The notes beneath the pieces were generated by a model. The model had not been told where the DNA came from. It ran no database searches and saw only the letters and a program-made list of their open reading frames with translations. 64,000 bases of DNA, taken from the NCBI RefSeq assembly GCF_009914755.1, contig NC_060929.1, one strand, 5' to 3'. A program made the translations under genes and the position numbers. Positions 1 to 10,470 of this stretch are shown here, piece by piece. Source of the stretch: the human T2T-CHM13v2.0 reference genome, Homo sapiens. Within the stretch, counting starts at the first letter, position 1. Every line of letters begins with the position of its first letter.

Positions 1-158
1 CAAAACTTTTTACAAACTTCTGCTTTATCCCCAAACATTCTAATGAGTCCACATAATCTACTTTGAACCTAAAATCACTTAGAATCTTTCCATACAACAA
101 CGTACATCTGCAACCACATTCTTTTGAAAAGGCAGAGTCCTTACAGAGCACTTGCTGA

Positions 159-920
<762 letters not shown>

Positions 921-1124
921 CAAGGCTTCTAGAACAGTCTAAAACTGGACATAGAGTCTTTAGATGGTTTCCTGTATGCAATGGGAGCCCTTCAGTAAGT
1001 AATCAGTGAACCTCAAATATAAAAACCCTCATTACTGTTGCAAATGCACTAGGGAAGACCTTGCTCAGGTTCTACACTAGACAGAAGCAGTAAGACCAGC
1101 TCTAGGCACAAGCAAAGTCAGTGC

Positions 1125-1281
1125 TTTTTTTTTTTTTTTGAGATGGGGTCTCACTCTGTCACCCTAGCTGAAGTGCAATGGTTCAATCAGAGCTCACTGC
1201 AGCCTTGAACTCCTGGCCTCAAGCTATCCTCTTGCCCTCTCAAAGTGTTGAGATTATAGGCATGAGCCACTGTGCCCCACC
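1125..1281 (-). mobile_element. Alu monomer (FAM/FRAM/AluJ-like)
   Basis: Poly-T then a single diverged Alu arm; imperfect TSD cagt(g/a)ctttt. Confidence 0.8.
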
Positions 1282-1832
1282 AGTACTTTTTTTATTGGTG
1301 CCTTCCATCACTCTTTTCTTTCTTTTATCCCTCATTACTTTGGACCAATTCTCGGCTAATCTACTAATCTTCTCTATGAGGTATTAAGTGATAAAGGCTT
1401 AAGGTGTTAGCATTCCCAGGAGTATTTATCCTTTAAAGAGAAATCTGGAAGACCAAAAGTTGGCCAGGATCAGAATGAATGAATCTCACCAGGTAGAATT
1501 TCAGATTCTGCAGATTTCAGGCTAGAGGCTCAATTTGGAATTCTTTGAATTACTGGCCAAGAACAGCAAGTCAGCTGTTTTTAAGCAACATGCCTGGAAA
1601 ATGGGTCAATTGGAAGCCAAGGCAGTAAATACAGATATTGTCACTTCTCCTATACATCTCTCATTTATATACTAGTAATAATAAAACCTTCCTCGCAACT
1701 TCCAAATTTCAGCTCACTTCAAAGCCAAATCTACCTTTATCTTTTTTTCCCCTGAATTGCTGGGTTTTCCTGCTACCAGATCAAGATCTTCATCAATTCC
1801 AACCCAACATCTTCGGAAGCAAAAGCATGTGT

Positions 1833-1874
1833 ACACACACACACACGCACATACACGTGTGCACACACACACAC
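1833..1874. repeat. Interrupted (CA)n microsatellite
   Basis: acacacacacacacgcacatacacgtgtgcacacacacacac. Confidence 0.85.
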
Positions 1875-3027
1875 CTCAAATGCTCCCAAATTCCATCCCC
1901 TGGTTCTTTCCTAGGCACATTCCTCCTAATTCCCTCTTCTACCTCTCACCCTGTCCTCTGCTTGATTTGTATATTCAGAGCTATTCCAATGAGTGGAAAA
2001 ACCACTGGTGGGAAGAGCCCAAAAGACTCTTTACCAATCCACCCTGATGACCAGCTGACAATTCTCGAGGCCCCATGCCTGTGAATAGGGCTTCAGAGGT
2101 TCACCAGAGGCGATGAAATTTGAGCTGAATTTTGAAGGTTGTGCAGGATCAACAGCAGCTGTCACGAAACCCTGTTTAGATCCCCCCTCCACATGCTCAG
2201 ATAGCAGAAGGGAAAAACCTGTATGCAGCCTCTTTCTCTTACTGCAATCTGCGTGAGCCTGCAAGCAAGTCCCACACTCAGACACAAATCTTCTATATGG
2301 TGTTCTTGGAACTGACTCTCCCAGAGACAGAATTGGTCAGTATCTGAGTCCCAACCCTAGAGAGCTCATTTTGCCCAAATCCACACCATTCCCCAGACAT
2401 GGCGATTCCCAACACCCTTAGCCATCATTACCACTCAGCCACATTCCCTTTCAGGCCAACTCCCATCCCCAGAACTTGCCTCCACCCAAGAATTCTCCAA
2501 CACGAGTCAGGCTTTTCCAGTTGTCACTTCCCAGGCACCACCACTAAGGTATTGCCAATCTTTCTGTGGCTGCATTTCATCCAGTCTGTCCCTCTCTCCT
2601 AAGCAGTTTTGACTTTTTCAAATTCTCGACCTTTCTCCACCATTTTGGCAGCAGAGAGGAGCTCTGTATTCACTATCCACACGGTAGGGTTATAATGGGA
2701 TGGATGCAAAGAGAAAAAAATAAGTTGGCACTTGGTTTCTGAATTTTAAGAGACACTTTGGAATCCATGGTAGAAGGAATAATTGGGGGGAAAACATTGT
2801 TGAATATTAGGAGCTGAGTTTCCACTGGAACACAAACTTTATGTCAAAAAAACCAACAGATTTGGAAGAAAGCATGACAAAACTGGAGTGAGATTTTCTT
2901 TCTGGAGATGACATAAATATTCTTCAATATGGGGGAAAGGAGATGGATAGTGTCAAACCCTGATGAGCCTCTGAGAAAAGAGCTTGTACCCAGATAGGCT
3001 TGTGGGATTGGAGAGCAGAGATCTTAG

Positions 3028-3633
<606 letters not shown>

Positions 3634-4204
3634 CTAGTCTTGTTTTCTGAGACTGGCTGGGAAGGGAACCTTGCTGGTGGTTGTGGGGAGGTCTGAGCAC
3701 TCCAGTGAGCAGCTGATTATTTCCCTGGGTGGCTGGGAATAGCTCAGGAGTGGCACTGACTGCCAGCTGACCTCTGGAGTTGCCATGGTTGGGAGAGAAG
3801 TAACAGCAGAAGGCAAGGCCTGAGCAATTCCTGCAATCCAGGCAGGATGCCAGGGTGGAGGGACACAGCTATACACCCATGCCAGCATAAATCCATGACG
3901 ATCAAGGACCAGGTACCTCTCTGTTGCCACCTGGAGCAAAAGCCTTGAGAGCTTGGCTACAATCTTGGGGAGAAGATAGGGGGAGGGAAGAACATCTAAT
4001 TGACAAAGAAAACCCCAAGAGATTGAGTTTTCCCTAAACTAAAACTAAGCTTTCTGCCATAGGGCCAGTGGGAGCTGGAGACTCAAATTAACTGAGGGGA
4101 AAAAATCAAAGGAATGTTGTCAGCACATGTGAGCTGATGGCCTGTGAATTTTGGACCTACTGCATTATTTTTTGGGATACACTGCCCATGCAATTCTTCA
4201 GTAA

Positions 4205-5650
4205 CTTTTAAAATAAACTTTTATTTTAGGATAGATTGACATTTACAGAAAATTTGTGAAGACAGTACAGAGTTCTCATATACCCCACACCAAGTTTCTT
4301 TTATTATTAGCATCTTTTACTCATATGGTACATTTCTCATAATTAAAGAAGCAATGTTGGTTTATCACTATTGATTAAAGTCCATATGTTTTTCAGATTT
4401 TCTTAGTTTTTACCTAATGTTCTTTTGTGGTTCCAGGATCCCATCAAGAACACTATATTCCATTTAGTCATCCTGTCTCCTCAGGCTCCTCTTGGCTGTG
4501 ACAATTATACAGACTTTCCTTCTTTTGGATGACCTGGGCAGTTTGGGGGAGTACTGGCCTGGTTTGTTTCTAGAATGTCCCTCAGCTGGGATTCATCTAC
4601 TGTTGTTCACATGATTGGATCGGAGTTATGGGTTTTCGAGAGGAAGACCACAAAGGTAAAATGCTGGTCTCATCACATCATATCAAGGGTACATAGTATC
4701 AACACACCTTCTTGCTTCTGCTGTTCACCTTGATCACCTGGCTGAGGTAGTATTTGTCACATTTCTCCACTGTAAACTTACTCTTTTGCCCCTCCTTTCC
4801 ATTTTGTATTCTTTGGAAGGAAGTTACTATGTGCAGGCCACGGTTTAGGAGAGGGCTCCTCCATTTCATGGAGGGCACAGTATCCACATAAATTATTTAG
4901 AATTGTTCCCAATGTATTTACTTAATCCCATTGATTTACTTAATTTTAAAAATACTATATTATATATTACTTAATCCCACTTATTTGCTTAATCATTTAT
5001 TTTCATCACTATGGACTCATGGATAATTTATTTTATACTTTTGGTTATAATCACATTCTGCTTTATTTTCTTGCTCAAATCGTTTCAGCTTTGGCCACTG
5101 GGAGCGCTTTCAATTAGCTCCTGTGTCCCTTTGAGGTACCCCCACCATTGCTGATGTCAATTAAAAAAATTTTTTTTTCATGGGGGGAGCAAATTACCTA
5201 CCTTTTGGCACAAGGTGCTCCAGGCACACCTTGAATATTTCCCGTCCCAGTCCTAGAATCAGTCATTTCCTCAAGGAGCTCTGGCTCCTTTTATTGGAGA
5301 ATGGTACTAGAAGCAAGATCAGAGCGCTAGGTGTATTCGTTGCTACAGAGTGTTGTGTCTAGGCCCACTCAGCTGACAAAGCAAAGAGATACAAGTATGT
5401 GTACGACCCTTTATCTACAAATCTCTGTACAGACCCATTATATACATTATGAATATATAATATAGATGTAGACCCCAAACATGAGTCCATAACGATGTCT
5501 CCAACTCTAACCCTGTACCACAAGGATCACTCTAGCCTCTTCCTGGCTGTAACCTCCACTCCAGCAGTGAAGATTTGATGGCCACCATCCACCATTTACA
5601 TTTGTCTATTTCCAGTATACTCGTGTGGTGGTTTCATCACCCAGTTGTTT
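4205..5650 (-). mobile_element. Old L1M (L1MC-type) 3' fragment
   Basis: 'atttacagaaaatt...acagtacagagttctcatataccccacacc', 'ttggccactgggagc', 'catttcctcaaggagctctggctcctt'; homologous to 18340-19860 and 57930-59010. Confidence 0.8.
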
Positions 5651-6510
5651 TTCATCTCTCTTGCTTCTGCCTGTTTCCCCCGGCACTGGATCCTTTCACT
5701 CTCCTCGTAGCCGGGGCATAGGCGTTTTGAACTAGAATATTCGTCCAGCGCTGGTTTGACACGGATCTTCCGCAAAGGAACATTTCTTTTGGCCTCCCCA
5801 GACCCCGTCATCTTCCCCATTCATTCTGGCGGAGTAAGGACTGAGAAACCGTGAACCCGAGGTTCAGCAGCCGAAAGTCCCCTGGGAGATGGGGATACAC
5901 CGAGAGGAATCCCATTTTACAGGAGAGCTTTGTACCCTTAGGAGTACCGTGGCCTCCGGGACTGGAGCAGATAACCTGTTTTCGGGCCCTCTATGTTCAC
6001 TCAACAACTATTAAGAAGCCCCCTCCCCGAGCCAGGGCCAGCGCTGAGCCCACTAGGGAGGCACCCGCCCCGGCCCGCGTCACCCCGCCTTGCGGGCTAG
6101 ACGACGAAACGCCTCGGCGCTCAGGGGACCGCGCACCGGTGCAGGAGCCAGCGCCCCGGTTGGGGGCGCAATGCCGGGCCTGGGAAGGTCCGCCCCGGCT
6201 GGTCAGAGCTTTCCTGCGCCTTCCAAGGCTTGGAGCTGCCCCGGGGAAGCAGACCGAACCAAACCGAACGTTCCTGCAGCCTCCCCGCCAGCCCTGCGGG
6301 AGCCCATCCGCCCAACGCGGCCCCGCCCCTCCCCCAGGCTCCGCCCACCGCCGAGCCCAGGCTCGGCCCTTGACGAAGTTCGCCGGAAATTACCGAAGCC
6401 CCTCTTTTTTTTCCTTCCTCTCCGTTCCCTGTTCTCCCTTTTCCTTTCACCCGGGTTCCCTCGGCCGTGATTTCCCCCTCCCCCCTCCTTCCTTCCCCAT
6501 TGAAATCAAG

Positions 6511-6543
6511 ATGGAGGCTCGCGGCAGCCGCCGGCGCCCGTGA
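6511..6543 (+). other. uORF1, MEARGSRRRP* (10 aa), in frame with the TRIO CDS
   Basis: aagATGg strong Kozak; TGA at 6541-6543; 6511 and 6883 are in the same frame. Confidence 0.6.
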
Positions 6544-6698
6544 TCCCGGAGGTCTCGCCGGCCACGGGCCCCCGCCCTCGCGACTGCGCGTCCGGGAGGC
6601 GCGTGCTGCTGCCCGCGCTCCGGCCGGCGCCCGGGAGGCCGTGGCTCCGCGCCTCCGCCCCTCGGCCAGCTCGCGGCTACCGGGCGGAGTCCTCGTCT

Positions 6699-6836
6699 AT
6701 GTGGGCGCGCTCCTTGGGCCGAGCCGCCGCCGCCGCCCCCCGCCGCCCCGGGGCTCTGCGTCCGCGCGCCGGGCGCGGGCAGCTGGGTGCTCGGCGCCGC
6801 CAGGCCCGGCGCGGAGCGGGCGGCACGCGGCGCTAG
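6699..6836 (+). other. uORF2 (45 aa, MWARSLGRAAAA...), out of frame with the CDS
   Basis: Weak-context tctATGt at 6699; TAG ends at 6836, 46 nt before the main ATG. Confidence 0.4.
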
Positions 6837-6882
6837 GGGCGCGGGGCCCGAGGCGGGCGCGGCCGCGGGCGCCGCCGCAGCC

Positions 6883-7039
6883 ATGAGCGGCAGCAGCGGC
6901 GGAGCCGCCGCCCCCGCCGCGTCCTCCGGCCCCGCCGCGGCGGCCAGCGCGGCTGGCTCGGGCTGCGGGGGCGGTGCCGGCGAGGGGGCAGAGGAGGCGG
7001 CCAAGGACCTGGCCGACATCGCGGCCTTCTTCCGATCCG
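6883..7039 (+). CDS. TRIO: TRIO coding exon 1 (aa 1-52 plus first base of Gly53), N-terminus upstream of the SEC14/CRAL-TRIO domain
   Basis: Kozak gcagccATGa at 6883. Translation MSGSSGGAAAPAASSGPAAAASAAGSGCGGGAGEGAEEAAKDLADIAAFFRS(G) is the recognised TRIO N-terminus. Donor CCG|GTGAGT at 7039/7040; 157 nt, phase 1. Confidence 0.97.
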
Positions 7040-8029
7040 GTGAGTGCAACTGCGGCCGGCCCGCCCAGCGGCGCTGCCCCAAGCGCTCGGCCGACCCGCC
7101 GCGGAGCTGCCGAGCTCCGGCCACCGCGCGCTGGTGCCCGCCCGTCCGTCCGTCGGGGCCCGCAGGCTCTCGCCTGGGACCACTGCTTCCATGCGCCGGG
7201 GCTGCCCGCCCCACATCCGCGTGTCCCGCTGCCCGCGCAGCCGGGCGCGCGGCAGCTTGGCCCGAATGCCACCACCTCGCCCTCCCTGCGCCCGCCCCTC
7301 GTTTTAGGGCAGAATCCCCCGGTCTGCCGCTCCCGGCAGCCGCGGCTTCGCGGGTTGGGGCGCCGGCTCTTTGTCTCTTTCGCTGGAGGACCGAGGAGGC
7401 GGCGGCGGAGATGGCGTGGGCGGAGGCTCTTACCCCGGAGGCCGAGCGGACTGAGCCGGGGCCGGTCCGGGACGGGAAATTGGTCTTTGATCTGTGCCTG
7501 TCTCTGGCTGATTTGTACCTGGACCCTCCTCGACCCCATTAGCAGCCGGGTTTCTTTGCTTGGCCCTCTAGCCTGTCATCTCCCCGGCCTTGGTCTACAC
7601 TTCTGTGAAACGGGGCAGTCACGGCACTCACTGCCCAGGGAGTGGGGACGGTGGCCGAGCTGAAGCTCGGAGGACCGGGAGGCGCGGTGAGCCATTGTCT
7701 CCGGGGACGACCCGGGAGGGTCAGCTGGGAACGTGGCCCCGGGGGGGCGGCGCGGGGCTGGGGCTCGCGGGGCACTTTGTGGGTGGCGTGGAGGTGGAGG
7801 CGGTGCCAGGTGGCCCCGAGTCCACCCCGGCGCAGAGGGGGTGGCCGCGGGAGAGGCGCGGGTGGCGACCGGTCCGCGGGAGGGGCACCGGGTTTGCTGC
7901 GCAGGGGGCGTGACAGGGCGTCCCCGGTACCCCAGCGGCGGCGCCTCCTCCCGCTCCGGCCCAGATCCCGCGCGAGCCGGGCCCGCGTCCCCGCGTCCCG
8001 CGTCCCCGCGCCCAGTCCGGTCTGCTCGC

Positions 8030-8345
8030 GCGTCGGCTGAGCAGCAGCAGGAGGAGGAGGAGGCGGCGGCGGCGGCGGCGGCCTCGGGGCCGGCACCCAG
8101 AGCGCAGTCCTTAGCGGGCCGGGCACGGGGCAGGGAGGATGCAGACTCCGGGTTGGAGAGCGGAGGAGGGCGGGCCAGGTCCGGGCCTGGAGAGGCGGGC
8201 GGGGGTGCTGGTGGCGGCCTCGGGGAGGACGGCCGGGCTGGGGACACCGACAGGCCGGGGGAGCGGCCCTGCGCTGGGGGACGCGCGGGAGGTCGGCGGT
8301 TCACGCTTTTCCGTGGCCTCTTTGAAAATCACCTCCCCAGATTCG
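8030..8345 (+). other. TRIO: Candidate alternative (probably non-coding) TRIO first exon in the 3' part of the CpG island
   Basis: 5'UTR-like (CAG)3(GAG)4(GCG)6 run; donor TCG|GTGAGA at 8345/8346 near the island edge. The start coordinate is a guess. Confidence 0.5.
8042..8083 (+). repeat. Compound triplet repeat (CAG)3(GAG)4(GCG)6GCC
   Basis: Read directly from the sequence. Confidence 0.9.
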
Positions 8346-10354
8346 GTGAGATCAGTTCCCCAATCCGGGTCACGAGGAGCAATTGCAGCGGGAGGGCGAT
8401 GGTGAGAGGCAGAAGTTAGCAGTGCTGGTAGATACCTGGTTTAGTACTGTCTTCTCTTGGTTGTCTTGATCTTTGCTAGGCGGGGTTATTTTTGATTCAT
8501 TTTAGCAGATTGGTTGTGGCTGGGAGTGACACAGCCGACTGTCCAGTGTTAGCTTGGGGTTAATCTACTCCCCAGTGCTCACTCTCCTTGAGAAGTGCCT
8601 GCAGAAAGCAAAGGTTTAGGAAAACATGAGCTCCTTCTAAAGAAAGCTACCCCCCCCCACCTTTTTTTTTTTGGTGCGACTGGCCAGATAGAGCAGCCCC
8701 GTCTTACCTCTTAATAGCAGAACTGGGACGTATTCCCTTCATGCCCTGAAGCTAAGTCTAGCTTTCTCTCTACCTACCTGTCACAGAATAATAGATTCTG
8801 TGCAGAATTCAGCTCCTCTCTGTTAGAAAGGCTCTTCTGCGTTGGAGATGGATTTTTTGGTGTTTGTGAGACCAGGCTTTTTTACATCTCTATTATGCAT
8901 AGTACAAAAATCACTTCTGCTGCTGCTAAGAGCCCTCCCTAAAAGACACCGAAGATTTGCTGCCTGTTGGCGTGGCTCTCTCCAGGAGTTGTCGTCTGCT
9001 CTTGGCTTTGCTTAGGCCTGTGCTGCCCCCGCCGCCAGGGCTCCTGTTCATGTTCCGTTTGGGTCAGAACCAGGTAATGTCTCACTGGCTTGTTCCTTTC
9101 TTCTGCCCTCCAAAATGACAAACTTAACTTTTTAGTTGTTTCACTTAGAATCAGGAGCCAGGGCAGAACTTAAGTAGGTATCAGATGCAGCATCCCATTC
9201 CAGCGATAGCCTGGAACGTCTTTTTAAAAGTGAAATCTCCTTTGGGCAGCTCTGAGTCCCTGACCTAGATCTTGGCTCTAGCATCTAGGCCAACGATGTC
9301 TAGCAGGGGGCAGAGAGGGGTCATTCTGTTGGATGGGTGGGTGTGGGGGTGGGGTTTGAACAGTCAGGGCTGACCGGGCAAGGAAGCTGAGGAGAATGGA
9401 GCAGTCAAATCCATCAGAAATCTGGCTTTCTTTTCTAAGACTCAGAAACATGGGAAAATAGGTTCTCATTGACTGGGGAGGACAGATCATGGTGTGTTTT
9501 TGAGCCTGGTACTAAAAGTGCCAACCTGACTTAGACAAAGGCTTTCCATTGCTTGCCTTTCCTTTCTCAGCCCTGAAACTCTGTTTGCATGGCTGCCTGA
9601 TTTTCTTTCTTTTTTTTAAATTCGTTCTTGTTGCCCGCATTCGGCTTTGTCTTTGTAGCCACAGATTGAAAACTAATACCAGTGGTTGGATGAAAGAAAG
9701 AGAAGACTTTAATAGAACTTTTAAACAATTAAGGGAAGTTCAGAAATAGAGTGAACAGTCCTGTGATTTCTCCATTACTGGAAGTGCTCACATAAAGGTG
9801 CTGTCACCTGGCAGGGTTTGGAGTTGGGCTCAGGGGACAGGACTGCTGCCCTGGAGAGGGGTCCGGGAGATGACCTTGGGGCTGTTCCCCTTTCCCTGTG
9901 GACTCTGGCTTTCTCTGAGTCCTCAGTGCCTAATCATTGTTCTCCGCTTTTCTTTGGGTAGTTCAGGGCTCCAGAGCCCTGGTGCCCTTCTCCTCTGCTG
10001 AGCGTCCACCCAGGGTTCACCTCACCCAAGGTCTCATTTCCTTTGCTGTCATTCCGTTCTCTGCTCAGGACCTTGGCACTCCCTGTTCATTTTGATGATC
10101 ATTTTGATCACCTATTTATAGACCTGGCATGAAGCAGGCAGGCCAATTAGTGTTCAAGTGGATTGAGTTGTAATAATGTGAGTCAAGTCCTGGTGCTTGT
10201 GTGTTAAAGAGCAGTAAGAGATTTTCTGCAGGTGTTAGTGAATTTCAAACTTCACTTTTCTCCTTTGCACAGAGCTCAGCACAGTAAAACCAATTTCAAT
10301 GCAAGAGCAAAAAGAAAAAAAAAGACACCACAAAAATGAGCTAGCCTTGTTTTA

Positions 10355-10470
10355 ATTTTATTTTACAGATGAGGAATCAGCCTTAGGGAGGTTTCATGAC
10401 TTGCCCCCCAGAGTGGAACTTGGGTAGAGTTAGAGTCAGGGCCCTGGTCCCTGGTGCTCTTTCCTGGTCG
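10355..10470 (-). mobile_element. MIR fragment
   Basis: Core 'attttacagatgaggaa...tgacttgccc'. Confidence 0.65.

Larger units (their letters stand above)
6499..6882 (+). other. TRIO: Probable TRIO 5' UTR (TSS approximate), GC-rich, with two upstream ATGs
   Basis: Lies between the pyrimidine tract/YY1-like motif and the main ATG. uATGs at 6511 and 6699. The exact TSS cannot be read from sequence. Confidence 0.6.
5990..8420. promoter_or_regulatory. CpG island / TRIO promoter
   Basis: Very high GC with undepleted CpG versus CpG-poor flanks. GC boxes (ccccgcccc ~6321, ctccgccc ~6339), ETS-like ccggaaat ~6383, pyrimidine tract 6400-6498 and YY1-like caagatggaggc 6507-6518. Confidence 0.93.

Noticed and set aside
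3650-4150. Possible ancient LTR-like segment
   Set aside because: Could not identify termini or a family by eye.
7040-7542. Exon-1 frame stays open into the intron (219 aa from the ATG)
   Set aside because: Expected in GC-rich DNA; there is a consensus donor at 7040 and no nearby poly(A) signal was noticed.
5851-8419. Many long overlapping ORFs (100-280 aa) on both strands
   Set aside because: Stop codons are rare in a CpG island. The products are Arg/Pro/Gly/Ala low-complexity with no recognisable domain; only 6883-7039 matches a known protein.
9050-9079. ATG...CAG|GTAATG mini exon candidate
   Set aside because: 24 nt, phase 0, incompatible with the phase-1 exon 2; weak Kozak.
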